Below are positions 10,152-20,191 of a stretch of 64,000 nucleotides of DNA, piece after piece. Under the pieces are notes generated by a model. It was not told where the DNA came from. It worked only from the letters and a program-made list of their open reading frames with translations, and did not search any database. Source of the DNA: Fibrobacteria bacterium. Its GTDB lineage: Bacteria; Fibrobacterota; Fibrobacteria; UBA11236. Position 1 is the stretch's first letter, and each line of letters begins with the position of its first letter. The stretch covers positions 7,353 to 71,352 of the forward strand of contig JBDSWM010000255.1 in the NCBI GenBank assembly GCA_039926685.1. The letters run 5' to 3'. A program made the position numbers and the translations under genes.

Positions 10152-11561
10152 TCAAATTGATGCGGGGGCTTCCGGAATTGCGGCTGAATTCGGCTTCTCC
10201 TTTTTGAAAGCGAATATTCCGAAGAGAAAAACGCCCGTAAAGAATAAGTGGGACATCATTAAATTCATTGGGGATGTCGGAAACATTTTTAAAAAGGGGA
10301 AATTTTGACAGCTCAATACCCAAATCAGAACGAGAGCCCAAGGCGTGAATTTGCCTAATGGCCTGTTGGCTAAGCACCAGGGAAATATAACGGCGAATAA
10401 ACCGAGAAGCAGGCCGTAATGGTGCTCCCAGGCAATAGGGGAAACTATGGTTAAGGTTAGCAGGACAAGCGAGAAGTCAAATTCTGATTGAGGTTTTCCA
10501 CGACCTTTAAGAAAGATGACTCCCAAACACAAAACCGCGAAACTTAAGGTCACTATATGGATAACAAGGTTATAAGGGGCGAAACTTTGACCTTGGAAAA
10601 CCAGAGTATTTCCGTTTTCGAACAGACGATTCATCAATCCATTGATTGATTGGTTTGGCCAATAGGTTTCCCCATGCCTGGACATATGTTGGACAGCCGG
10701 AAGATAATCGAAGTACTGGAAAAAGCCGTATAAGATACCACCCCATATTCCAAATAATCCGAATACCAGTACGACCATCCCGGCGAATCCGAACTCCTTA
10801 CGGAAAACACCCCAAATCAGAGCAACTATCCATTGAGGCTTGAAGGTGCAACATAACCCGATTAGGATGCCGGCCAGTTTTTTGTGTCCAGTCTGCCATG
10901 CGAGTAAAGAACTGATGGCGAAAAAACTGAGGGTTGTTTGAATTTGACCAAAACAAAGGGACGCCGACAAAGGGTAAAAGAAGAATCCGACCCCCATGCT
11001 GACGCATAAATAACTCCAAATCTCCAATCGAGATTCGGTTCGTTTACTTCCTGTAGCCTTGTACCATGCATTTCGCAATAGCAGTCCCGAAACAAGTCCG
11101 CTGGCGAGCAGCAGCGACCAACTCAATAAGTTGGTAAGCTTGAAGTAAACCGACCATGGAATCCTGGTAATACGTTGTATCAAATCCCAAAGGATGAGGC
11201 TCGTTGTCGGGTATTGGAATTTTACCTTTTGGGAAAAAAACAATTCCGAATACAAACCCTTTGATGGTTCGTTCTTTAATTGTTCAATCGCCATTTTCAT
11301 CGGGGCCCATGAATCGTCTTGGCGCTCAAGAAGATAAAAGGAATCTAAAAAGTATCCTATTGAGGTTTTGCCCGGGCCACTTTGAGGCTGGAGCAAGCCA
11401 GAACCCAAGGACAGAGCCACGGCTATTAGCGCAATCCGCATCGGGCTGATAGGATTGGCCGGCTTATCCCCGGTGGCCTTTTCACCGGCGAATTTCCCGG
11501 TCCAAAACCATAAGGCAATCATGGCCACGATATAAAAGATGATTTTCAGAATCAATGTCAT
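10152..11561 (-). CDS. polytopic integral membrane protein, possibly DUF2029/GT87-like glycosyltransferase; visibly AT-richer than neighbours
   Basis: 469 aa with at least 10 hydrophobic segments; low-GC codon usage that contrasts with flanking genes. Confidence 0.5.
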   Translation of the reverse strand: MTLILKIIFYIVAMIALWFWTGKFAGEKATGDKPANPISPMRIALIAVALSLGSGLLQPQSGPGKTSIGYFLDSFYLLERQDDSWAPMKMAIEQLKNEPSKGLYSELFFSQKVKFQYPTTSLILWDLIQRITRIPWSVYFKLTNLLSWSLLLASGLVSGLLLRNAWYKATGSKRTESRLEIWSYLCVSMGVGFFFYPLSASLCFGQIQTTLSFFAISSLLAWQTGHKKLAGILIGLCCTFKPQWIVALIWGVFRKEFGFAGMVVLVFGLFGIWGGILYGFFQYFDYLPAVQHMSRHGETYWPNQSINGLMNRLFENGNTLVFQGQSFAPYNLVIHIVTLSFAVLCLGVIFLKGRGKPQSEFDFSLVLLTLTIVSPIAWEHHYGLLLGLFAVIFPWCLANRPLGKFTPWALVLIWVLSCQNFPFLKMFPTSPMNLMMSHLFFTGVFLFGIFAFKKEKPNSAAIPEAPASI

Positions 11562-11678
11562 AGCAGTCCTCGAAGAAAATTTTCCAATAAGATTTTACGT
11601 TAACTATAGAGGCATTGGAAGCGGATAAAAATAGTTGTTTTCCGTCTTGTCATGCTATTTTAATGGTGCGCAAGCGCT

Positions 11679-12491
11679 CTACTCGCTTAATGAACTGAGG
11701 GAACCGAGCCATCGCGCATGTGCGCGATACATGGCAGGGTGATCCGCAAGCGCAGGGTTCCCATTGCCGCGCGCGAAATCCTCAGTCCATGCCGCGATTG
11801 CATGCAATCGATCCACCGCGGTACGGATTAGGTCGGAAATGCCAAAGCGCGCCGTGCCGCTCACCGCTCCATACCCGGTAAGGAATACTTTCAAGCGTTC
11901 CGTCATTCCGCGAACATCAAAGGGAGATCTGTCTCCAGGAACCTTATTGTCCGCGCCTGGCCCGGGCAATAAAGGCACGAATCTATAGGCGGTGTACGCA
12001 AGGTCCCAAAGGCGGGAGCCCGGTGAGCAGACATCGAAGTCGATGGCCCCGACGAAGCGCCCTTTGCTGAACACGCAATTGTAGGGCGCGAAATCATTAT
12101 GGCAGACGACCTCGCGAGGGCTGGATGGGGCGAGACCCCACTCGGCGTCCGGAGCGGAAAAGTCCGCTGTGGCATCGTGCCATGCGCGCAATGCCCGGGC
12201 TACATCCGTCAATATCTGTTCCGTCCATATCCATTCGGGCATTCCATGCGGCACATCGCCAGGAATGAAGGAAAGAACCTCCCGGCCCAACTCATCGAAT
12301 CCGAAGGGTTCCGGTACCCATAGCAGCCCCTTGGCGCGAACATGCGTAAGCAATCGGTGTATCGTAGGCGTCGACGGTCCAGGACTTCTCCTCACCGTGT
12401 CGCCTACCTTGAAGACCTTCGTTACGTTTCCTCCCGTCAGCTCTTCTTCGTACGGCGGCAAGGATGCTCCAATGCGTTTAATGGAATTCAA
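11679..12491 (-). CDS. aminoglycoside phosphotransferase (APH)/choline-kinase-like phosphotransferase family protein
   Basis: catalytic loop VVCHNDFAPYNCVF (HxDxxxxN) and IDFDVCSPGSRLWDLAY (DFD/DxD region). Confidence 0.7.
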   Translation of the reverse strand: MNSIKRIGASLPPYEEELTGGNVTKVFKVGDTVRRSPGPSTPTIHRLLTHVRAKGLLWVPEPFGFDELGREVLSFIPGDVPHGMPEWIWTEQILTDVARALRAWHDATADFSAPDAEWGLAPSSPREVVCHNDFAPYNCVFSKGRFVGAIDFDVCSPGSRLWDLAYTAYRFVPLLPGPGADNKVPGDRSPFDVRGMTERLKVFLTGYGAVSGTARFGISDLIRTAVDRLHAIAAWTEDFARGNGNPALADHPAMYRAHARWLGSLSSLSE

Positions 12492-12613
12492 TAAGCCATG
12501 ATCAACATCCCGGGAATGTTTTGTCGCGATCTATGGGCAACTGGATTTTACTACTAATTCACCCGTGAAACCCGCTCAGCGACCGAGCCCTGATAAGCAT
12601 TTCCTTTCCACAG

Positions 12614-12916
12614 TCAGGATAGCTTAATGACAAATGATATCAGCAAGATAAAGAGGCCGACCAAAATGCTGGTCGACATGAAACAGATGAAAAGCCATTT
12701 TGGAACGACTTTTTCTTCTCCGGCCATGGGACGCAAGGGATTCGATATCCGGAAGGGCTTCGTGCAAACGTCCGCACAGGACTGAAATACTACCCACGCG
12801 GTTAATAAAAATGCCGCCAGTGGAATTGAACCCTCACGGTTTCCGCTCAGTTTTCCGATGGCCAGAAAGATCAAAAGCGGAATAGTGACCCATATACGCA
12901 GCTTTAGTACCGTCAT
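12614..12916 (-). CDS. small membrane protein (about 3 TM helices), hypothetical
   Basis: MTVLKLRIWVTIPLLIFLAIG...; the upstream ATG at 12943 overlaps the palindromic promoter element, so the start is set at 12916. Confidence 0.35.
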   Translation of the reverse strand: MTVLKLRIWVTIPLLIFLAIGKLSGNREGSIPLAAFLLTAWVVFQSCADVCTKPFRISNPLRPMAGEEKVVPKWLFICFMSTSILVGLFILLISFVIKLS

Positions 12917-12937
12917 CGGATATTGGTTTCCTCCTTC

Positions 12938-12976
12938 GCCCACAAAAATACACCCAGTCGGTATATTTTTGTGGGT
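12938..12976. promoter_or_regulatory. perfect inverted repeat forming back-to-back Bacteroidetes-type -7 boxes (TAnnTTTG) for divergent transcription
   Basis: CCCACAAAAATA-N13-TATTTTTGTGGG; TATTTTTG is present on both strands, facing the GH9 gene and the small membrane protein gene. Confidence 0.4.
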
Positions 12977-13185
12977 AGGGGAAGGTTAGATGGGTGCGAC
13001 GGAAGAATCCTATCGGGCTGAATTCCCAAAATCTGAAAGCGGATGAATTATGTGGATAATCCCTGAACTTATTTGTGGATAAATTCACAAACAAAGGTGA
13101 GGTAGAATTATCGGCTCCCGGTTAGGGGCATCCTGTCAGCAAATAAGCTCAGCCTTATTTGCTGATTTATTAAGATGGAGGCAAA

Positions 13186-15495
13186 ATGAGAAAACATGCT
13201 TTAATTTGGGCGACGATGGTTTTCACCGGAGCTACCGCTTTTGCGCAGCTTGATTACCCGGGCGCCTTAAAAGCCGCTATCACCTTTTACGACGCCAACA
13301 GGTGTGGGCCTGATGCCGGAACGGACAACAAATTCGCTTGGAGAGGCGCCTGTCATAAGGATGACAAGATTCCGGGTGGCTATCACGATGCCGGCGATCA
13401 CGTGAAATTCGGTATGCCCCAGGCATGGTCGGCCACCACCTTGGCATGGGCCTATTATGAATATCCCACCGCTTTCGCGCCCGTAAAAGCCGATTTTTTC
13501 CGCATGCTCAAATACTTTACGGATTACTTCCTGGCCAGCCACCCGAGCGCGGATGTTTTCTGGTATAACATAGGCGACGGCAATGCCGACCATGGCTATT
13601 GGGGCGCCCCCGAAGCTCAGACGGGAGCCCGTCCGGCACTTTCGGCTCCCCCGGGCACGGATGTCCTTGCTGAAACCGCCGCCGCATTGGCGCTGATGTC
13701 CATTATCTACAAGGCCGAGGACGCCGCATACGCGACAAAATGCCTCACCGCGGCCAAGGAACTTTACGCGCTGGCCATGAAAAGCACCGGGCCGGAAGCG
13801 GCAGTCAGAGGTTCGGATGGAGCGGGTGGCAACTTTTACAAAAGCTCCTCCCATTATGACGATTTGTGTTGGGGTGGCATCTGGCTCTATGTAGCTACGG
13901 GAACGACCACGTATCTGGATCCCATTGAGGCCTGGACCAAAATCCCCAACGATCCCGGCGACAATCATTATCAGAAAAAATGGGCGCCGGCATGGGATGA
14001 CGTCATTCTTTTCGTCCTCCTTAAAATGGCGGAAATAACCGGCAAGCAAGAATATAACGATGCCATCGTCTGGAATCTGGAATGGGTCCGGGATGCCGCT
14101 CCCAAGTCCCCCGGCGGAATGCCCGTTATCGACGCCTGGGGCGTTTTGCGTTACGCATCCTCGGAGGCTGGCTTAGGCTATACGGCTTATAAGCTTCTCG
14201 GGTACAGCGGGTTCAATACCTTGGGCGCCAAGATCATGGATTATACCGTGGGTTCAAACCCCGAAAACCGGTCCTATCTAACCGGCTGGGGACGTAATCC
14301 GCCCATCCATCCGCATCATCGCGCCAATGAACCTGTCAAGGGGGGCGCCACCAAGGGAATCATTGGAGGATTGGTTGGGGGACCCACCGACGACTCCTAT
14401 AAAGATGAAGTGGAGAATTATCAGGAAACCGAAGTGGCCATCGATTATAACGCGGCCTTCATATTCGGCATGGCGGGGCAAATCTGGGCTAAAGGCGGCG
14501 GTAAGCCGAAGAACAGGGCGCCATCCGTTCAAATCGTATCCCCTTCCAACGGCATCTCCATCCCTTCGGGCGAAATGGTGAATATCGTGGTGAAGGCCAC
14601 GGATGCGGATGGCAAAGTCTCCAAGATCGAACTGTATAAAGGCACGGAATTGCTCACGAGCGGCGCCACTTCGCCTTTGTCCTTCAATTATCAGAGCACG
14701 GGTACCGCCGAAGTGACATTCAGCGCCAAGGCCACGGATGATTCGGGCAATGTCTCGAATCCCACCAGCTCCACCGTCTCCTTCGCTGCCGCCTGCACCA
14801 TCGGCGGGAACATGGAACGCAAAGGATGGAAGGCGACCGCTTCGGCTTCTTCCTCCAACGCGGGTGAAGGCGCCACCAGCGCCTTGGACGGCGTACTCAC
14901 CACCCGATGGACTTCCGGCGCAGGACAGGCTCCTGGCATGTGGTTCCAGCTCGACATGGGGTATCCGCGATCCTTCGACCAGGTCACCCTGGATGCATCC
15001 TCATCGGGCAGCGACTTTCCCCAGGGATATAAGGTTTACGCCTCCAATGATCCCGCTGTCCCGGGAACGGCGCTTGCCGAAGGCGCCGGTGAAGCCGTTA
15101 CCACCATCAAATTAAGCGCGACCCAAAAAGCCCAGTTCATCCGCGTTGAATGCACCAAGTCCACCGGCAGCTTTTTTTCAATCAACGAAATTAACGTGCG
15201 CTGCGCGGCTACAAGCGGGATCCGGCTCCCGAAGTTCGGGTCGAACGCGGGATTTTCCATGTGGATGGACTCGGAATCGGGTCATGTCCAGTATCAAATG
15301 CCCAAACAGGGCGTGATCACCATCGAGGAATTCAGCCCCAGCGGCGTGAAAGAAAAAGTGCTTTTCAACGGCGTCCAAGAGGCTGGGGTGCATCGGCTCG
15401 CTCTGCCCGCCGATTCGCGCGGGTCGAAGCTGACATTCCTGAAGGTCAGTTACGATGGGAAATCGCATTTGCAAAAAATGGTTTACCTGAAATAA
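13186..15495 (+). CDS. glycoside hydrolase family 9 endoglucanase with Ig-like domain, F5/8 type C (CBM32-like) domain and T9SS C-terminal sorting domain
   Basis: GH9 signatures HDAGDHVKFG and WRGACHKDD; signal peptide; discoidin-like GWKATASASSSNAGEGATSALDGVLTTRWTSG; C-terminus VITIEEFSPSGVKEKVLFNG...KLTFLKVSYDGKSHLQKMVYLK. Confidence 0.85.
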   Translation: MRKHALIWATMVFTGATAFAQLDYPGALKAAITFYDANRCGPDAGTDNKFAWRGACHKDDKIPGGYHDAGDHVKFGMPQAWSATTLAWAYYEYPTAFAPVKADFFRMLKYFTDYFLASHPSADVFWYNIGDGNADHGYWGAPEAQTGARPALSAPPGTDVLAETAAALALMSIIYKAEDAAYATKCLTAAKELYALAMKSTGPEAAVRGSDGAGGNFYKSSSHYDDLCWGGIWLYVATGTTTYLDPIEAWTKIPNDPGDNHYQKKWAPAWDDVILFVLLKMAEITGKQEYNDAIVWNLEWVRDAAPKSPGGMPVIDAWGVLRYASSEAGLGYTAYKLLGYSGFNTLGAKIMDYTVGSNPENRSYLTGWGRNPPIHPHHRANEPVKGGATKGIIGGLVGGPTDDSYKDEVENYQETEVAIDYNAAFIFGMAGQIWAKGGGKPKNRAPSVQIVSPSNGISIPSGEMVNIVVKATDADGKVSKIELYKGTELLTSGATSPLSFNYQSTGTAEVTFSAKATDDSGNVSNPTSSTVSFAAACTIGGNMERKGWKATASASSSNAGEGATSALDGVLTTRWTSGAGQAPGMWFQLDMGYPRSFDQVTLDASSSGSDFPQGYKVYASNDPAVPGTALAEGAGEAVTTIKLSATQKAQFIRVECTKSTGSFFSINEINVRCAATSGIRLPKFGSNAGFSMWMDSESGHVQYQMPKQGVITIEEFSPSGVKEKVLFNGVQEAGVHRLALPADSRGSKLTFLKVSYDGKSHLQKMVYLK

Positions 15496-15518
15496 ACAGG
15501 AATCATCGATTCTAAATC

Positions 15519-15541
15519 GCCTTCGCGAATGCGAAGGCTTT
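15519..15541 (+). terminator. hairpin terminator between GH9 and susC
   Basis: GCCTTCGC-GAAT-GCGAAGGC followed by TTTAT. Confidence 0.5.
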
Positions 15542-15570
15542 ATGAAATGTCCTCCAGGAAAAAGGGGCCC

Positions 15571-18500
15571 ATGATAATGATTTTTTCGAACAACCGGTTT
15601 CGCGGTGCCTTTTCCATCCTTGCGGCGGTGGGTTTCCTTTCCTCCGTTCCGTTCGCCCAAGACTCCACCAAGCGTGAACCTCCGGCGCTTCCAGCCGGAA
15701 GCAATGCCAAAATGCCGGATTCGGCCGTAAGCGTGTCTCCGAAGGTTGGCGGGATCGAGGCGGCTGATTCGAACGGAACGGTGGATCCGGTGGTGGGGGA
15801 ACCCGCAACGGAACCCGTGGTGACGGGCGAACCTTCCGATTCGCAACCGCAAACGGATGTCGCATCGGTATCGTCCGATGATGGAGTCGTGGTGCTCGAG
15901 GCCGACGTGGTCGTGGGTTACGGCACAACCAAGAAAAAAGACCTCACCGGATCCGTTACTTCCGTGAAAGCGGAAGATCTCACCCGGGATGCGGCTTTCA
16001 GTGTCCGCAAGTCCCTGCAGGGCAAAGCGGCCGGCGTGAATGTCACTCAGAACAGCGGAGCGCCCGGTAAAGCGGTAACCGTGCGCATCCGCGGAGTGGG
16101 CACCATCAACGCCAGCGATCCCCTGTATGTGGTGGACGGAATTCCCATCAATGGAATCGATTTCCTCAATCCCAATGATATCGAGTCCATTTCCATCCTC
16201 AAGGACGCCTCCGCCACGGCCATTTACGGGGCTCGGGGAGCCAACGGAGTTGTCCTGGTGACCACGAAAAAAGCCAAGAAAGGATCCAGCTCCGTTAACT
16301 ACGATTTTTCCATCGGAACGCAGCAGCCTTGGAAAAAACCTTCCCTTGTCACCGCCGAGCAATGGGCCATATTGAATAATGAAGCCATGCGGGCCGCGAA
16401 TCTGCCGGTCAATGCGGAGCTGGAAAACCCGACGAGCCTCGGGAAGGGAACCGACTGGTTCGACGAAATCACCCGCGACAATCCCTTGGTCATGTCGCAC
16501 AACGTATCCGTGATGCGAGGCTTAGGCGACCTCAGGTATTTCCTTAGCGCCGGCTATTTCAGCCAAGACGGGATAATCAAGGGGTCGGGAATCCGGAAAA
16601 ACACCCTAAGGTTCAACGCCGAGAACAAGGTTTCCAGCTGGTTCACCCTGGGCAACAGTTTGGGCGTCGCCTATAACCGCGTGAGCCTTGCGGATGAAAC
16701 GGATGAATGGCACAGCGTCCTGATAAACTCGCTTGCCATGGACCCGGTGTCCAAGCCCCGGGACGCCAGTGGAGCTCTGATCCCTTCGAAGTTCAACAAT
16801 GTCTACAATCCCGTGGGCATCATCGAACACACGAATAACGAGATCAACACGACTTCTGTGACGGGAACCCTCTATTCCAACATCGACATTTTCACCGCCC
16901 TCAAGTTCAAAACGACACTCGGCGTGGACCTGGCCATGATCGACACCAGCGAATTCGTTCCGAAATATTTCGTCAGCGCCAGCGACCAAAGGGCCGATGC
17001 CATGGTCGCCAAACGATCCGGAACGGATTACAACGTCGTGCTGGAAAACACCCTGTCCTATGAAAAGGCCGTGTCGGAAAACAACATGTTCAAATTCCTC
17101 GTCGGCTCGACAGCCCAGGAACGGAACTTGGAACGGTATTCCGCGGTGAACACCTCCACGCCCGGAAACGAACCTGCTCTCAGGTACCTCGACGCGACTA
17201 CGGGGATCAATCCCGCCGTGCGGGGGTTGGAGATCGGCAACTCCCTGGCTTCCTTCTTCGGGAGAATGGAGTACGATTATGCCAGCAGATATCTCCTGAC
17301 CTTCACCTACAGGCGGGATGGTTCTTCGAGGTTCGGACCTGCCCAGCGCTGGGGGGATTTTCCTTCCGCGGCCGGTGCCTGGAGGGTTTCGCAGGAACCC
17401 TTCATGAAAAACGTCAAATTCATCGACGATCTGAAGCTCAGGGTCGGTTGGGGAAAAACCGGAAACCAGGAAATACCGGACTACCTCTACACCACAACTA
17501 CATCGAGCAAGCAAAATTATGTATTTGGGGATCAGACAGTCCCCGGTACCACCTTCCTGAGTTCGGGAAACAGCCAAATCCACTGGGAGGAACAATCCGC
17601 ATACAATGGCGGGCTCGAGTTCACCTTCTGGGACGGGAAAATCGAATTCATCGGGGATGCCTTCCTCAAGAGGACTGCTGGCATGCTTGTGCGTCCTACC
17701 ATTCCCTACATCGCCGGCTTGAGAACCTCGCCCATGGTAAATGGCGGTTCCCTGGAAAACCGGGGCATCGAACTCGTCCTGAATTACAAAGAGAATATCG
17801 GCGGATTCGTTTCGAACCTCGGATTCAATTTCTCGACCTACGACAATAAAGTCCTCAGCCTGGGGGATAACGGAGCGCCGATTTCCGATGCCCCTTTCAG
17901 GAATACAGGTACGGTGACCCGCACGGAAGTCGGGCGTTCCATCGGCAACTTTTACGGATACGAAACGAACGGTCTGTTTCAGACCCAGGAGGAGATCAAT
18001 TCCTTCACCTATGTGGACCCGGCGGATGGTACCGTCCGCATGGTCCAGCCCAACGCCGCACCAGGCGATATCCGCTATAAGGACGAGGATCATGACGGAA
18101 AATGGGACAAGGGATACATAGGCAGCCCCCATCCCGATTTCAGCTACGGGATGAGTCTGGATATGGAATACTCGGGATTCGACATGAACGTATCGCTGCA
18201 GGGAATATACGGCAATGAAATATTCAACGGCACCCGCTGGTATACGGATAATGGATCGGCCTATTTCAACCTGGACGAGAGAATGCTGGGCAGATGGACG
18301 GGGCCGGGCTCCACGAATGACGTGAATTTGCCCCGCATGAACAACAATGACGCCAACAACATGCTGATTTCGGACCGTTTCGTCGAGGATGGATCCTTTT
18401 TGCGGATAAAAAGCCTGCAGCTCGGATATTCCCTGGGCAGTTCCCTCCTGGAGAAGGCGCATATCGAACGGTGCAGGGTGTATGTCGGCGTCGAAAACCT

Positions 18501-18654
18501 GTTTACGTTCACCAAATACTCCGGATTGGATCCGGAAGTCGGACTGGGAGAAGCCCGGGGCGAAACCAAAAATACCTCCCTCACAATGGGAGTTGACCGT
18601 GGCACTTATCCGCAGGCCAGAACCTTTCTGGTAGGCCTGAATCTTTCGATTTAG
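15571..18654 (+). CDS. susC: SusC/RagA family TonB-dependent outer-membrane transporter
   Basis: signal peptide MIMIFSNNRFRGAFSILAAVGFLSSVPFAQD; SusC hallmark VVVGYGTTKKKDLTGSV and plug GVNVTQNSGAPGKAVTVRIRGVGTINASDPLYVVDGIP; C-terminal ...RTFLVGLNLSI; long acidic/Pro-rich N-terminal linker where a carboxypeptidase-like domain is usual. Confidence 0.85.
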   Translation: MIMIFSNNRFRGAFSILAAVGFLSSVPFAQDSTKREPPALPAGSNAKMPDSAVSVSPKVGGIEAADSNGTVDPVVGEPATEPVVTGEPSDSQPQTDVASVSSDDGVVVLEADVVVGYGTTKKKDLTGSVTSVKAEDLTRDAAFSVRKSLQGKAAGVNVTQNSGAPGKAVTVRIRGVGTINASDPLYVVDGIPINGIDFLNPNDIESISILKDASATAIYGARGANGVVLVTTKKAKKGSSSVNYDFSIGTQQPWKKPSLVTAEQWAILNNEAMRAANLPVNAELENPTSLGKGTDWFDEITRDNPLVMSHNVSVMRGLGDLRYFLSAGYFSQDGIIKGSGIRKNTLRFNAENKVSSWFTLGNSLGVAYNRVSLADETDEWHSVLINSLAMDPVSKPRDASGALIPSKFNNVYNPVGIIEHTNNEINTTSVTGTLYSNIDIFTALKFKTTLGVDLAMIDTSEFVPKYFVSASDQRADAMVAKRSGTDYNVVLENTLSYEKAVSENNMFKFLVGSTAQERNLERYSAVNTSTPGNEPALRYLDATTGINPAVRGLEIGNSLASFFGRMEYDYASRYLLTFTYRRDGSSRFGPAQRWGDFPSAAGAWRVSQEPFMKNVKFIDDLKLRVGWGKTGNQEIPDYLYTTTTSSKQNYVFGDQTVPGTTFLSSGNSQIHWEEQSAYNGGLEFTFWDGKIEFIGDAFLKRTAGMLVRPTIPYIAGLRTSPMVNGGSLENRGIELVLNYKENIGGFVSNLGFNFSTYDNKVLSLGDNGAPISDAPFRNTGTVTRTEVGRSIGNFYGYETNGLFQTQEEINSFTYVDPADGTVRMVQPNAAPGDIRYKDEDHDGKWDKGYIGSPHPDFSYGMSLDMEYSGFDMNVSLQGIYGNEIFNGTRWYTDNGSAYFNLDERMLGRWTGPGSTNDVNLPRMNNNDANNMLISDRFVEDGSFLRIKSLQLGYSLGSSLLEKAHIERCRVYVGVENLFTFTKYSGLDPEVGLGEARGETKNTSLTMGVDRGTYPQARTFLVGLNLSI

Positions 18655-18680
18655 AGCTTTTTCCTTGGAGATCAGGAAAT

Positions 18681-20153
18681 ATGATTAATCTGAAAATCTC
18701 GGTCACGGCCCTTACGGCCATCGGCGCCATGCTGGCCGGATGCAGCCAGTTCCTCGATAAAGAGCCTCTCGGAGTCGAGTCGAGCACCACTTTTTTGAAA
18801 ACGGAAAGTCAGGCCATTCTGGCCACTAACGCCGTTTATGACGCGGCTGCATGGCGATTCTCACAGGAAGTTTTCGAATGGTTTCTGGGCGATGTGGTTT
18901 CGGACGATGCCGAAAAAGGGGGTGAGAGCGCCGCCGATTGGGCCGAACTGCAACAGCTCAAGGATTTCCGGGCCAATCCCGCCAATTCGATATCCTTCTC
19001 CAGATGGAGCGAGTTTTATCAGGGCATTTACCGCGCCAATGTCGTCATTGGAGGAGTCCCTGCCATTGACATGGAACCCAAACTCCGGGCGAGGCTGGTA
19101 GGAGAGGCGAAATTCCTCAGGGCGTTTTTCTATTTCCAGCTCGTCAAAACCTTCGGAGCGGTCCCCCTCATCACGCATCCTCTCAATCCGAACGAATATT
19201 GCCAGGAGCGTGCGCCTATCCAGGCCAACTGGACGCAAATCGAGATGGACTTGAAGGAAGCTGCTGAAGCTCTTCCCGAAAAGAGCGCCTACCCTTCTTC
19301 CGATGTGGGGAGAGCCACCAAAGGCGCCGCCAATGCCTTGCTTGCCAAAGCCTATATCTTCCAATCCAAATGGGCCGAGGCTTTGGCCAGTTCCGCAACC
19401 GTCATCCAATCCGGCCAATATGATTTGCAGCCGAATTACGGGGATATTTTCAAAAAAGCCAATGAAAACGGGATCGAATCGATATTCGAAATCCAGCATA
19501 CCCAGGTCGCAACCAGCGACTACGGCGATTTGAACGAAGGACAGGAAACGTCCATCTATCAGGGAAGCCGGAACGCCACCTATTTCACCGGATGGGGATT
19601 CAACCTGCCCACCCAGGATTTCGTGAATGAATTCGAGTCGAACGATCCCCGGTTGAAGGCCACGGTGGTTTCCACCGGTGACATCCTTTATGAGGGCACC
19701 CCGGCGCAGCAGAAAGCCGACAACGGCGCGAGCACGACCGGATATGCAGCGCGGAAGTACATGTTTGAATACCAACCCATCGTGCCGGATGTCAGCAATT
19801 CCCCCGCGAACTGGAGATCGATACGCTTCGCCGATGTGCTTCTTTTCAACGCGGAAGCCGCCAATGAATTGGGGAACTCCACCGCGGCCCTGGTATCCTT
19901 GAACCGCGTCCGCGCGCGCGTCAGCATGCCTGCGGTCACCGCGACGGGCAAGGAAGCCCTGAGAAACGCCATCTATCATGAGCGACGGGTGGAGCTGGGT
20001 CTCGAAGGCCACCGGTTCTTCGACCTGGTGCGGCAGGGGAGAGCCGCGGCCGTGCTGGGTAAAAACGGCTTTATCGCCGGCAAGCACGAACATTTCCCCA
20101 TTCCCCAGTTGGAGCTGGACGTTTGCAACAAAATCGCTCCCAATCCATATTAA
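18681..20153 (+). CDS. susD: SusD/RagB family nutrient-binding outer-membrane lipoprotein
   Basis: lipobox MLAGCSQ; SusD-like WRFSQEVFEWFLGDV...YRANVVIGGVPA...FLRAFFYFQLVKTFG; lies immediately downstream of susC. Confidence 0.8.
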   Translation: MINLKISVTALTAIGAMLAGCSQFLDKEPLGVESSTTFLKTESQAILATNAVYDAAAWRFSQEVFEWFLGDVVSDDAEKGGESAADWAELQQLKDFRANPANSISFSRWSEFYQGIYRANVVIGGVPAIDMEPKLRARLVGEAKFLRAFFYFQLVKTFGAVPLITHPLNPNEYCQERAPIQANWTQIEMDLKEAAEALPEKSAYPSSDVGRATKGAANALLAKAYIFQSKWAEALASSATVIQSGQYDLQPNYGDIFKKANENGIESIFEIQHTQVATSDYGDLNEGQETSIYQGSRNATYFTGWGFNLPTQDFVNEFESNDPRLKATVVSTGDILYEGTPAQQKADNGASTTGYAARKYMFEYQPIVPDVSNSPANWRSIRFADVLLFNAEAANELGNSTAALVSLNRVRARVSMPAVTATGKEALRNAIYHERRVELGLEGHRFFDLVRQGRAAAVLGKNGFIAGKHEHFPIPQLELDVCNKIAPNPY

Positions 20154-20191
20154 GGGATGAAATTACCGGATATGCCAAGGAAGAGGTCTGT

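Noticed and set aside
16606-18462. 618-aa minus-strand ORF
   Set aside because: It lies entirely antisense to susC, which has unambiguous motifs, and has no domain signature.
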